The notes beneath the pieces are model-generated. The model saw nothing but the letters and a program-made list of their open reading frames with translations. It ran no database searches and had not been told where the DNA came from. From the NCBI GenBank assembly GCA_013265495.1, contig MU058337.1:622001-686000 (forward strand): DNA of 64,000 nucleotides. The letters are read 5' to 3'. Each line of letters starts with the position of its first letter. The first letter of the stretch is position 1. The position numbers were made by a program, and so were the translations under genes. Below are positions 1-12,641 of this stretch, piece by piece. The DNA is from Vicugna vicugna (Eukaryota).

Positions 1-189
1 TTTACTGATTATTAAGTAAAACTATTATTTAATCATTTGATTCAAAATATAAATGATTTTGGAAAGTTTCAGTAGGGATTTCTTTACAGTTGAGTATGAA
101 TCAGCTTAACCAATGTTTTTCTTTCCATCTAAGTTCACTGAAATTCACCAGAACGCTATAATAATTCTAGAATTGTGTGCAATTAACAA

Positions 190-505
190 AAAAGCCTGAA
201 GTACTAACAAAGCAAAATTGATAGAACTATAGAACTCCGCTATCATAATGGAAGTTTTTATCTACATGTCTCAATTACTGATAGGTCAAAAAATGAAAAA
301 TAAGCAAAGATAAAGGAAATTTGAACAATACAATGAACAAGTCTAATTTATTAATACCTTTTCTTCAAACTGGTGTATGTATATCTTATAAAATATACAC
401 ATACTTTTAAATTATAAATTATTCATTAAAAAAATCCACAAGTCATACATTAAGCAGGTCTCAACAAATGTTAATAACTTTTAAAGAATTCATATCACAC
501 AACAA
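190..505 (+). mobile_element. Ancient L1 (L1M-type) fragment, ORF2 endonuclease-region relic
   Basis: A-rich degenerate sequence (aagcaaaattgatagaacta...tcaattactgataggtc...gaaatttgaacaatacaatgaacaag...agcaggtctcaacaaat) resembling the start of L1 ORF2; no open frame. Confidence 0.55.
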
Positions 506-509
506 CATA

Positions 510-761
510 GTGAAGCAACAGAGTTTAGTGAAGAGTGTTGCCCTCGTGAGCCCCACTGTCAGATTTCGGGTCTCAGGTTCTTCACATGCTAGACTCCAGG
601 AAGATTGTTACTCTTTTTCTATCTGTTTCCTCAACTACTAGCAGAGGTAATAATAGTACTGATTTATAGATTTATCGTGAGTGTTCAATAAGTTAATGTA
701 TGCAAGGTGCTTGGAAAAGTATCTGGAAAACAGTGAAATTATCTAAGAATTTGCTATTACT
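510..761 (+). mobile_element. MIR SINE
   Basis: MIR core-like ctgtttcctcaac...gaggtaataatagtac...gtgagtgttcaataagttaatgtatgcaaggtgcttggaaaagtatctgg...gctattact. Confidence 0.7.
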
Positions 762-3174
762 GAAATAGCGGTTCCTTATAGTTCAGGAGCAGTGGGGAAG
801 GAAATAGTCTTTCAGAGCAGAGCAACACTTCCCCAGGCTGTCTGGATGCAGCTCCAGGAGAGGGTAAGGGGTGGAAAGGAGTGTGTAAGCTGCAGGACAA
901 AAGGGGGCCTCGTGTTGGGAAGAGAGAGGGATCAAGAAAGTGAGGATGGAACCCCCCCCCCCGTTTTGCCTTGAGTGTGTTGGGTAACAGCAGTGACTCT
1001 TAGACACCGCTAAGCCATGCTGTCGGCCCTGGTTCTGTCCCTGGCAGCTCTTGAAGTGCCTTTACAAATCCTAGGTGACGGTGCTTTGATACTGGAATGG
1101 ACATCTCAGTAGCCCCCTCCTTACCATCTCTGGCATGTCACAGGATGTGGGCCCCAACTTTACTCTGTGGTGTAGACCTTCTCATGGCCCCAGGAACAGA
1201 GGACCAACAATGGAGCATCTATACTTTGCACATTATATCCTTAGACAGTTATAATTTCACTGCTGATTTACTATGAAGTCCAAATATTGTGCCTTTCGGT
1301 TTGGATCTTGGTATATATGCTCATAAACATTTTGACAGAATATAGAAGCCACAGTGGTCTTTTAGCTACATTTATTACAATAGAAACTTGTTCTATCTCA
1401 CAGTGATAGCCAGATGCCTGCATGAAGAACATTTCATCTTCATTCAGTCTGATTTTTGGCAACTATACGAATGCTTGCTTGAAAGGCCCTATTTAAAGAG
1501 TTTTTACACCAAGTGTTCCTTTCCAATTAACACTGAGAAGAAGCTTTAAAATTTTAGTGCATCTGCAGCAAAGATGTAGAAAATAACTTCTGAATAATCC
1601 AGGCTTTTTGACAGTAAAATTCCTAGGTGGAGAGTAACCCTGCTAATACACAGTTGTGGATAAATTAAAGAACAGTCAACCTCAAAATGTCTATGCTAAA
1701 ACAGAGTGCTAAGCAGAAAAAATCAAGTAACAGAATGTTTCCCATAATGTTTTGAAAGGAAACCTGGTTTTTTTCCCCCAACAGAGTATCTATTTCCTTT
1801 AGACATAGATTGGATCATCAACATTTATTAAGCACCTTGGGGTGAGCTGCCTAGGATCTGAATTACTGCTCTGCCTTGCTGGCTATAATAAATAATAAAT
1901 ATTGGTGCTATGTTCAAGAACAGGAATTCCCTGACTTGAGTTTTTTTTTTTAATCAGAAAAATAGACATAGGTCATAATAAATATTTTATTACTTTTTAT
2001 TATTTATCTATGTGAATCCCATTATGGAATTAAAAGGGAGTGAGAAATAAGATCAGATCTGTGTTGGCTAAGGGGAAACAGCAGTTTCAGGGAGGATTTT
2101 GGAACTTTAAGAGGCTTTCATAATCATCTGATCCAACACTCCCATGAACGTTTACTGAAACAGAGGGCTACAGAGCATCTGCGGCCTGACTGATACCACA
2201 CAGCTAGCACTGGACAGAGGTGAGAGCAGGTTTCTTCCCCGGTGCCTGAACTCTCAATCAGGTGCGCTCCCGCTGTCTCAGAATACACCCTACCTTTAGT
2301 TGTTCTGTGTAACTTTCTTTATAGGAAGGAAGAAAACCTTGGTTCAAAGTTACATAAAAATAATAAAATCATGGATTATCACGCTTCTATTTTATTTGAG
2401 TTTTACTTGCAATGAAAAGCCGATGTCAGTATCCCTTTGACCCTAAGTACTTCCTGCTGCAGAACTTCCCCACCTTGGATTGGAAGATCAGTGGTGTCAT
2501 GCATGTTAAGAGAGTTGAGACTGAAGTTGGGAATCGCTCCAACTTGCTCCCTGCAGCCGACCATGAACTTAAGTGAAGTGGAATGAACAGAGCTGCACAG
2601 TCGGATCATTCATGCATGCGTGTGGCGGGACATGAAAGGCCGGGCGCTGTGAGAGGAATGAAATAAATAAATACAAAGATTATTTTTTTGCTAAATTATT
2701 CTTGGCCTAGGGCTTAATCTTAAAGTTGATACTCTTAGAAATTTCAGTTTGTCTTGAAATTGAGAGTATAATCAGGTTAAAACATGTCATAAGAGATTAT
2801 ATATAAATTTCAAATGAATGTACGTTACACTTCAATAAAAAACACCACTGTCACAGAAAGCAGATGTCTCAAGGTGGCACGGCCAGCATTTTGTGTTATT
2901 GTTGTCAGACCTACAAGTGAAACCGAAGTATAACCTCAGGGTTGTCTTGAGATCATGGAAGCAAAGGAAGAAGCGTAAGTTGCGTGATATGTGTGCACTT
3001 ACGTGCTGGATTCGGCTGCGGGTACACGCTTGTCCATCTTTTGCCCTCCTTTAATAATTAATTCTCGGCTGATGAACTGCATCCCTCTTCTAACTGACAC
3101 TTTTTAAAATTTTGATTTACTAATATCTCTGCTTAAGTTTTAGTTTTAGGGAGGTCATTTTTAAAAGACGCTTG

Positions 3175-3420
3175 CGCACTAATAATGACTTAACAACAGC
3201 GAAGATACTGCTGTCGAGTAATCACAGTTTCATGTTCTCCAGTGACTCTGCTGCTGGACTTTAAACACATTATCTGTTTCAAGCCTCACAAGCCAGTGGG
3301 TATGTCTTCCTCCCTTTCTTGCAAGTGAAAATGTTGATGTCTCACAGGGCTGAAGGGGCCTGCAAGATCTCACACTGGGCTAAACCCAAGTCTGTCTGAC
3401 TCAAAGCCTTCCTGCCTGCT
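3175..3420 (-). mobile_element. MIR SINE
   Basis: Reverse MIR pattern: ctttaaacacattatctgtttcaagcctcacaa...ttgcaagtgaaaatgttgatgtctca...aaacccaagtctgtctgactcaaagcc. Confidence 0.6.
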
Positions 3421-3519
3421 GTGCTTTCTGTGTTTCATTTTTAAGTCATGCCCTTGCCTTACGGCCAGCCAGGCTGCTGCTGCTGGATACTTCTGTTTTC
3501 TTTTTCTGTTCTTCTGTTG

Positions 3520-4100
3520 TAACTTTAACTCTGGGCATCATTAGTTGCTACCTAGACTACTGGACTAGCCTTCCACAAGGATTTCATAGTTCCCCTTCCC
3601 AATTCTATTTTACATAGTTGACAGATCAATTTTCTTAAGGCACATTCTGATCATGTCACTTACTTTATAAAAAATCGTTACAGCTCTCCATCACTTACAC
3701 AAAACAACCACAGTTCTTGGTGGAGCATACAGTGCACCCCGTGTCTAGCTTCAGAGTCCTCTTCCAACCCATCCCCAACTAAACCCCACCACACAGTCTG
3801 TGGTCCAGCCAAACAGAAGCACTCACCACTTCTCCAGACAGATCTGCTCCATATGTTTCTTGTTCCTTTTACTTTGCTGGGAGAGTCTCAGTTTCTTCGT
3901 ATCTGTCCCCTAACCATCACTCTAGACTTAACCCAAATGAAGTTGAACTACAGCGATGGAGTTGGTATATGATCCACAGCTCCTTTCTTCTTTAAATGCC
4001 ATCTCTCAACTGATTCTTCCAGATACGGCCCCTCCCGTGAGCTTCCACAGCACCTGATCTGCACTTACGTGCGGCCTCTGTTACTGTTAGTATTACACTG
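3520..4100 (+). mobile_element. L2 LINE 3' region relic
   Basis: ctagactactgg...tctgatcatgtcacttact...gcttccacagcacctg pattern typical of degenerate L2. Confidence 0.5.
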
Positions 4101-4129
4101 CAGTGATTTCAGTGTGCCGTTTCCTACCA

Positions 4130-4560
4130 GAAATGGTGCTTGTCCCAAAGGCTGAAACAAGGATTGAAGTGCAAGTAACTTATTTTGGAGTTGATCTTGG
4201 GATTTCCAAGATCCCAAGATCACTTAGAATGGGGCGGGGGGAGGCAGGGACGGGAAGGAGTGTGCTAAGGAGCAGGGTACGGCCTTGAGAAGCTGAGATT
4301 CAGTCCTTGGGCGACCATCAGCCCCTAGTGTGTCCCCACTGAGGAGGGAGAAAGTATTTATATGCTAAGCTCCCTTTAGCTCTGGCTGAGGGCCACATAC
4401 ATGTGACCTTAACTCAGTACGCCCAGCCTGGTCCAGAAAGACTGAACCTGTCAAACAGCCAAAGAAAGCACTCCGAGGAGAAGTGCACCATGTGGGTGGG
4501 ACTGACAGTGTCTGCAGGAGGCCCCCAGGGCGGCACCTTGTGGATTTATCTCCAAGTCCC
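4130..4560 (-). mobile_element. ERVL-class solo LTR (LTR33/LTR16-like)
   Basis: ctgaaacaaggattgaagtgcaagtaacttattttggag...gatccc matches the remembered LTR33 end motif (ctgagacaaggattcgagtgcaagtagtttatttgggaggtgatccc); the tatttata at ~4355 reads as a TATA box on the minus strand. Confidence 0.6.
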
Positions 4561-6971
4561 CCGTAGTGTCCGTAAGTCTTAGGATGGGGCATCGGTTCAT
4601 TTGCTCATTCATTTAGAGCTGTCAGTCTAGTGTCGGTTAGATGCCCCGCATGAGAAGTTGTGGATGCCTCCCTCATGATGCATATCAGTGCTGCTCACCT
4701 AGCGTTTACACACAGTGAGGAGAGGTCAGCAAACAAGGAAGCAAATGAGCAGAGAGGCGACCTCTACACACTGCTTAAGGGGCACCTGTAAGCAAAGCTT
4801 TGTTTGCCCCCAGCTAAATTAAAGAAGCAGAAATACATCAAAAACATTTTCTTTTTAAAATCCGGGTGGTATGGCTTTAGCGTTGAGAAATGTGCCAGTG
4901 GGCATGATCTAATATGTCATCTTCTTATATCAAAAATAAAACAAAACAGCACTCATCCTAGGTTTTTTGGTTAAGGCACCATTTAAATTATTATATAATG
5001 TTTTAGTTATATGAATCCAGTAAGATTGCCTCTCAAAAAGACCATAAAAGCAGTGAAGCCAGGTCCTTGAAGGACGTTTCCTTGCTAATAATGAAAGCGT
5101 TTGTCTTTTTTTCATATCTTCACTTTATCCTCATAACAATCTTAATTCATCATTTCCTTGACAAATTTACACTTTAACAAATATTTCTCATAGGAGAGGT
5201 TAAAATATTTCCCTATGTATAATTATCATTTAGAAAGGTTTCTCTGTGAAATGGGTGGAAAATATTCTTTGCCATATTTGCTACTTAGGAAATCAGCACT
5301 CAGAGAAGTCACAATAGTTAGTGGAATTCCAACATCCAATTAGCACCATAATCAAATGTAAAAACTAGATCTTGGAATTGCCTGCCAGATCTGCCATTGA
5401 TGTGTCCATGCATATTATCATCAGTAATTATCTTAATATTAATTTGAATTCATTGTATTATAACTAACAAAAGGCCAGGCAGACAGGAGAATCAGTGTAA
5501 TGCCTGGCGTGTTATAGCAGCACATTAATGTGCATTGAATGAATGAATGAAAAAAGATCATGGTCACTGCCTCTCCAGTGCTTGAATTTAGTGGTATCTG
5601 AGGGTGTTCTCTGCTACCTTCATGTCCATCCTTCCCACTCCCACTCTGTAACCCACAGAATGGTTTACCTTCTCTTGTTTACATTCCAAAGCATATATTT
5701 TATCCCTCGCTATGAAGGATTCAGTGTGATTTTGTTTTCTCATCCCCAAGAAGACTGGCAGGAACTGGCAGAGCATTCCACACATTTGGGGAACCATTCT
5801 TGGACAGGTGAAGCATGCAAAATGTTGGCTATTTATAAAATGATTTATATAATGATAGTATTAGATAGTCACTAATATCTGAGAGTTACCTAGGTTTCTA
5901 TAATTCGATCTATGGAAAACAGATGAAACTAATATGCAGACATTTTTAGCTTTATAATTACCTGTATTCATTTTACTGTAGTTTGCACATGAATCTGAAA
6001 GATCAATATGATTAATAATCCAATGATAGATGCTATGCAATTTCAAGAACTTCAGTGTAAATTATAATTGATTTTACATATTTCTACACTAAGTCCCCCG
6101 AACCAAAAATAATAATTTGAAATCTCCATCCCTCATTCTCCAAAGAAAAAGAGAATATATATCAACAGATACCACATAGACTGTTTCTAGGTTCTATTCT
6201 ATGGTTTTGTTTCTGCTTTTAATGAGATATTCTCATTCTGCAGCTGTCATTTCCAATGGGAAAATGCATCATTTTCTATATTCATAGATATTATTCTTTA
6301 CCTAAGATTTATAAAAATATTATTTCTGAAATATAAATTATGCAAAATATATATCAAGTCATATCGATTTGAACACACTGTAGAGTTCAGTTCCTCTAGG
6401 TCCTAATAAAGAGCACAGTTAACCTTGTACAATCAGTGTGGCATCCGTCCAGTAACACATTAGATATATATTTGTCACCATATGTTCCTGATGAGTCAGT
6501 GAGGTCCTTGTCAGCAGGTAAGAGTTTGTCCCATGTCTGACCAGAAAACCCTTGCAGTCAGATTTTTGAGCAAACATGCTCTTTGATTATAAAATGTAAC
6601 TGCAATTTTGTCTTTGCAAATTATAGGCAGCTCTTCTGAAATTATAACTATTTCATTTCTAACTGCCTTTTTATTTACCCATTCTAAAATTATAGGGGGA
6701 AGGCTCTTAATAATTTACTGTTATTTTTTCCTTGTGCATTCTCAAGTTACTAATTATTTGACTTAAGTTGACCACTAGAAGGATGAGAAAGGGGTTTGGA
6801 ACAAGGGAATGGGGAGAGGCAGGGAAACTGGGCAAAGTGCAGGCCTGTGATTGGAATCAGGTAAAACTCATGTAATGTTTCTGTGCAATTGGTCAAATGG
6901 AGGCTGTCCATCAAGGTCGTGAGTCCATCCAACATATAAAAGCCAACCAGAATGAAAAGTGGTGACCTCCT

Positions 6972-7106
6972 CAAAAACAGACACATAGATCAATGGAACA
7001 GAACAGAGAACGCAGAAATAAACCCTTGCACCTGTGTCAGTGAACCCATGACAAAGGAGGTAAGAATACACAGTGGAGAAAAGAATTCTCTTCAATAAGT
7101 GGTGCT
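6972..7106 (+). mobile_element. L1 ORF2 internal fragment (5' part of a truncated, rearranged L1)
   Basis: caaaaacagacacatagatcaatggaacagaacagagaac...ctcttcaataagtggtgct encodes KNRHIDQWNRTEN...LFNKWC, a recognisable ORF2p segment; preceded by candidate TSD aaaagtggtgacctcct (6955-6971). Confidence 0.85.
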
Positions 7107-7422
7107 AGTGCAGTCAGTTTAATACTAAGGCACAAGATTAAACATTTAAAAGTGCAGGTCTCTTCCCTCAGCGCTACTGTACTGTGGAAAGGCAATGGAA
7201 TGAAAATGTAAGTCACCTCCACCTACTTGTCACCTCACTCACTCAAGTGCTGGCTTCTAACCTGGTGATATTTTTGAGAATCCTCATTAAAATTGTTAAT
7301 AGCATATACATGTTACTTATGTCCAGAAACAAAACAAGATATTGTAACACTACCTAGAATGTTCCCCAGTGGATATTTATTTCTGCCTCTGAGACATTTG
7401 CTCTGGATAGGAGGTCACCCCC

Positions 7423-7929
7423 TTTTTAAATTGAAGTATAGTTGATGTATAATACTATATAAGTTACAGGTATACAATATAGTGATTCACAATTTTTAGA
7501 GGTTATACTCAATTTTTAATTATTATAAAATATTGGCTATATTCTCTATATTTTATAACATATCCTTGTAGCTTATTTTATACATAACAGTTTATACCTC
7601 TTAATCTCCTACCCTTATAATGCCCCTCTTCTCTCCCCTCTCCCTACTGGCAACCACTAATTTGTTCTCTATATCTGTGAGTCTGCTTCTTTTTTGTTAT
7701 ATTTACTAGTTTGTTGTATTTTTCAGATTCCACCAGTGAGTGATATCGTATATTTGTTTTTCTCTGTCTGACTTATTTCACTTAGCATAATACCCTCCAA
7801 GTTCATTCATGTTGCTGCAAATAGCAAAATTTCCTTCTTTTTTATAGCTGAGTGATATTCCATTGTTTATATATACACCATGAGTTCTTTATCCATTCAT
7901 TTCTTGATGGGCATTTTAGTTGCTTCCTG
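7423..7929 (-). mobile_element. L1 3' end (ORF2 C-terminus + 3'UTR), middle-aged laurasiatherian/artiodactyl type
   Basis: tttttaaattgaagtatagttgatgtataat...ggcaaccactaatttgttctctatatctgtgagtctg...ttcacttagcataataccctccaagttcattcatgttgctgcaaat...gttgcttcc. Confidence 0.9.
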
Positions 7930-8399
7930 TGTCTTTATCTTGTGCCTTAGTACCAAACTGACTGAAGTAGAACCATTTTTACTACCACTTGTAGATCTAT
8001 ATTTATGGCTGTGCAGAAATTTTATGTTTTCCAAATGACTTCACATGTTTTAATATCCCTCTGCCCCTAATCATGCATAGAAACGTTTTGTCTTCTTCAG
8101 AAAGAATATTATGACCTCTATGTTAGGAGATGAGGAAAAAATTGTTTCCATTAGGTATACATACTCCCAGACAGCATTGTATTCTCCAGGATGATGGATA
8201 ATTTGCAATACTTTTGTAGATAGCTGACATCCTCAGACAAATATAAAAAGAAATCTACAAATAATTAGGAAATTTGCTTCTACTCTAGTTCCTTCAGCAT
8301 CTCTGGAAGTATTTTTATGCAAGAGTATACAGTGAAACTAAATAAAATTTAGCTTTCTATTTTGAGTCCCTTTTCCAGAAACAAGTCGATTTTTTAGGG

Positions 8400-8900
8400 T
8401 TAAGAAAAAATAATGATTACAATAAAGAAAGTGTAACTGGTTAATATACACAAAAAATGATCACCTCTCATTATCAAAATTATGTAAATTTTAATAGTAA
8501 TGTTCTTCCAATTTTCTCCATCAACAGTTTAAAAAATCAATTAGTTTTAAAATGAAAATATCTGATGCTGTTAAGGATTTAGTGAATAGGAATTCTGCAT
8601 CACACTGGAATATTGATAAAACCTATTTCAAAAATGACTTGTCTCAGTAAGCTTATAAATATTCATCACTTTTGACCTAGGAATTTCATTTATTGTTAGC
8701 TATACAGTAGAAACAACAAAAACCAACTCCTGAGAAGTGGTTCCATGAAATCATTAGTGATAATCATAAAAACTAGAAATGTCATCATAGCTAATAAAGA
8801 GGTTACTGGTGCTTCTGTGTGACACCCCCTCGTGCAGCTCTTACCAATGTTGTTTACAAACATTGAACAATGATGTTTTAATGTTCAGAATAAGGGAAGA
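8400..8900 (+). mobile_element. Ancient L1ME-type ORF2 3' relic
   Basis: gatgctgttaaggatttagtgaatagg...ttttgacctaggaatttcattt...aaactagaaat pattern. Confidence 0.5.
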
Positions 8901-9834
8901 TCCTGGAGAAGCTGATGTGGTTCTCAGCTGGCTTCCAAACTGGTTGAACAGACAAAACATGAAGTTATGATTCATGGAAATATATATAATTAGAAATGCA
9001 GACCTGCTTCAGTGGTTGGCAGGCCATTAGGATTTCTTCACTGCCTGGGACTCCCCTGCCAAGTTAGTCTAGGAAAAATCATCTTATTATGGCGGAGTGG
9101 CTTTCATCTTGCTTTGTTTTAAATCTTGGAGATGGGAGTTTCAGGTCTCCACTCTGCTACGCCCTCCTTAGCCTATATTTTGCTCGTCTGTCAGTGCCTC
9201 CTCACACCCGAAATTAGCTACAAGTCTTTGATTCACACTGGCTTTTTTCATAACTTGTTAACTAAAAGCAGTGAATTAACTGACTAGAATTTATAGGCAG
9301 CAGAATTGAGCTGAAAAGTGAAAAAAAGTAGAGACCGTTTAGGACCCCCTAACATTTGAATGCTGGTCTAACGCCCAAATTGAACAGTGTGGGCATAAAA
9401 TGTAACCTAGGACTCTGCTTTGTACTCGGGTGTTCTTTAGAGAACTAACAGTAGGAATGTAACTGAAGAGGTCCATAACTAAGCATAGAGGAATGAGTAG
9501 GTTTGCTGCTTATTTCTTCCTGCCTGTGAGTTTCAGCATCTTATTTTCAGGGAAACCCACTGATGGCAGCAGCAGCCAGGGGTGTAGTCAACCGTGTGAG
9601 CAATCCTACAAGCGAACTCCAACAAGGAAGCATGACACAGTCGGGGAGATTTTCTGCCGCTGCCCCTTTACTGCACTCTAATGAAAGCGTCCACATTTCT
9701 TACAGAGTGCAACTGGTTAGATACAGCGTATACAGCTTATTCAGGGGGGGTGTGTGTGTGTTGGTGTGATTGTGAGAGAAGCCATGAAACCTCATCTTTG
9801 TCCTCTATGTTCCGTGGACTGTAAGTCATATCAT

Positions 9835-10010
9835 TTATCCAGTCAGCGCACGGTTATTGTCAAGATGCCGGGATGGTTCCTGCCCTCAGGGTCTTTATAG
9901 TCCAGTAGGGAACATAAGATTAATATAAAAATAACTTTGGTACAAGATAAAATGAGATAAGTGCAATGAGTGGGGCATACAAGTCAGAGTAGAGAAAAAC
10001 CGCTGAAAAG
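9835..10010 (-). mobile_element. L2 3' end relic
   Basis: atggttcctgccctcagggtctttatagtccagtagggaa...gataagtgcaatga. Confidence 0.5.
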
Positions 10011-11169
10011 GGTGAGTAGTTCAGGGATGCACAGTTGGCATTCTTAGGAAAGACTACGGTAAGTACCTTATCAGTTCGCTGCAGGGGTGCAGTTTTAGAT
10101 TCTAGGGCTTGTTTCTCTGTCATCCTCATACCAGGAACAGCTCGTGAGTAAGGAGATGCTGGAAGAGAAGCCTGTCTCCTTTTGACAATAATCTGTTAAT
10201 GATGCAAATTCAGATCTAGAAGGCTACAGCTATGCAGTGGTACAATGTCAACTGTTTTCACTAATGTAATTAGATATTTTAGTAAAAAAACGGACTTTAT
10301 AAGGCTGGCTTTTAAAGGGGTCTGTTGGGGGGGGGCAGGGAGTTCAGGTTTTCTTTCCTTCTTAGCCACGTACCCCTCTCCCAATTTAATCTAAGAGTAA
10401 GGAAAAATTAGTCGTAAAACATATGTGTATTCAGATGGGGAATTTGGAAAGGGGAGTTTTTCTGATTTCAGAGTATCTTCCTGGATGAAGCAGCTAATCA
10501 GGATTCTAAAGCCAGGAGAAAGAGGCATGCTGCCAAAAACTCAAATATTGGCTGAAAACGCTTGGCCATTCTCTGTGAATTAATTATTTTATTCATCCAA
10601 CCACGTTATAATCCTGATCACTTGGAATCTAGAAATGCCCAGTGGTTAGTCTGCCACAAAGGCACCTTGGCTTCAGTAGGCCTGTGCTACTCAGGTCTAG
10701 TTGTCAAATGTGGAGCTAAAACTTATTAAACCAGAATGTATTATTACAATTCTCTTTCTCTGGGACTCATGAGAATATGTGGTCTGGGTTTCTATTTTCC
10801 ACCAGGGTCCACACAGCCAGATCAAGTCTTTGTCAGTGTTTCTGAGCTCTCGGCCTCCAGATTTCCTGGTGGAAAATTGTTTTCACAATGGACAGGCAGG
10901 CTCTCCCCACCTCGTCTGCACCTGTGCTTTTGCTCCAGGACTGATAGCTTTCTACCCCATAGACACTCAGATGGGATTTAGTTCATCAGTCAGCTACTAT
11001 CTTACCTCCCCCTGTAGAGGGGGATTTATTGCAATGTCTAAATTTTGACCTCCTATGGTGCCTGGAGAATAGTCGGGGGATAGAAGCAAAAGTGAAGTGT
11101 CATTTGGAGGATCTTATATAATATGATTTATATGAATCACTGATGTGCAGTGAATATTGTCAATGGTAT

Positions 11170-11380
11170 TTCTCACCATCATTGATAGTAGCATGAACAT
11201 ATTACACATCATTTATTTCACCTTAATGATATTCTTACACGATAAGCATTAGTATCCACGGTACATGTATGAGGAAATGGGCTCAATGAGATCAGTGTCT
11301 TATCCAAGTCCCCCACCTGTGGGCAGGAAGAGCTAAAACTGAATCTTTCTGGTTCCAAAGCTTGTGTCCATTATGCTACA
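11170..11380 (-). mobile_element. MIR SINE
   Basis: acacatcatttatttcaccttaat...tgtatgaggaaatgggctcaatgag...ttatccaagtc...tttctggttccaaagc. Confidence 0.6.
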
Positions 11381-12090
11381 GATTTACTGTGTAACGGCTT
11401 AAACACACACACCAACACCACCTCTTAGAAGGATTTTATAAGACCACTAGGATTGCAGCAAAAAATAAGTACATTTTCACTATCCTGTATCTAGCTCTTG
11501 GATCTTCCTTAGTTCATTGTGATGCTCTTTAATGCTGACAAGACCCGTGGGTTTTCTCTTGCCTCACAGCTGCAACACTGCATATGCTCCCTAGTGATGA
11601 CCTTTCCCCGAAGTGAATTGTAGGATCCATCGGGGCTGAACTACTGTGTGTTCTAGCACAATTACGTGACGTGAAGGCAGGACCACGCTCCTCCTTACAG
11701 AGCTTCTATTCTTTCACTTCCCTCTCCTGGGAGGTCAATACAAATTGTATCCTGGGAACAACTGTTGATGTCATAGGAAATATAAAGGTAACTACATACA
11801 TTAAACTTCACTAAAAACCCTGGTAGCTTTTAATGTCATGGTATTTCTACTAAGTTTTCTTTTTTTTATGTCATTGATTTATTTTTATTATGTAGACTAG
11901 GAATTGGTAAAAATTATTTTCTTAGTTTTACGCTAATACAGACATATCCCTGCTTTAGGCTAATACTAATGTATGCTTTTGCTTTGTAAAAAAGGGATAG
12001 GTCTGAGATGCATCACTGTCTGACTATTCATGCTACTTTGGTTTTTAAAGACACATCTATACGAACTAAAACGTACAATTGGAAACTGTT

Positions 12091-12641
12091 TTTTTTAACA
12101 TTTTTTATTGATTTATAATCATTTTACAATGTTGTGTCAAATTCCAGTGTTCAGTACAATTTTTCAGTCATTCATGGACATATACACACTCATTGTCACA
12201 TTTTTTTCTCTGTGAGTTATCATAACATTTTGTGTATATTTCCCTGTGCTATACAGTGTAATCTTGTTTATCTATTCTACAATTTTGAAATCCCAGTCTA
12301 TCCCTTCCCACCCTCCACCCCCCTGGTAACCACAAGTCTGTATTCTCTGTCTGTGAGTCTATTTCTGTCCTGTATTTACGCTTTGTTTTTGTTTGTTTTT
12401 TTGTTTTTGTTTTTTAGATTCCACATATGAGCGATCTCATATGGTATTTTTCTTTCTCTTTCTGGCTTACTTCACTTAGAATGACATTCTCCAGGAGCAT
12501 CCATGTTGCTGCAAATGGCATTATGTTGTCGGTTTTTATGGCTGAGTAGTATTCCATTGTATAAATATACCACATCTTCTTTATCCAGTCACCTGTTGAT
12601 GGACATTTAGGCTGTTTCCATGTTTTGGCTATTGTAAATAG
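12091..12641 (-). mobile_element. Young 5'-truncated L1 (camelid-type) with TSD; encodes intact ORF2p C-terminus
   Basis: Minus-strand frame FTIAKTWKQPKCPSTGDWIKKMWYIYTMEYYSAIK...WMLLENVILSEVSQKEKEKYHMRSLICGI* (stop 12414-12416); AATAAA (tttatt 12104-12109); poly(T) at 12089-12096; perfect 11-bp TSD tggaaactgtt at 12080-12090 and 12642-12652. Confidence 0.95.

Noticed and set aside
9551..9715. Strong acceptor (ttattttcag) followed by two open frames (GKPTDGSSSQGCSQ... / MAAAARGVVNRV...)
   Set aside because: No convincing donor and neither peptide is recognisable.
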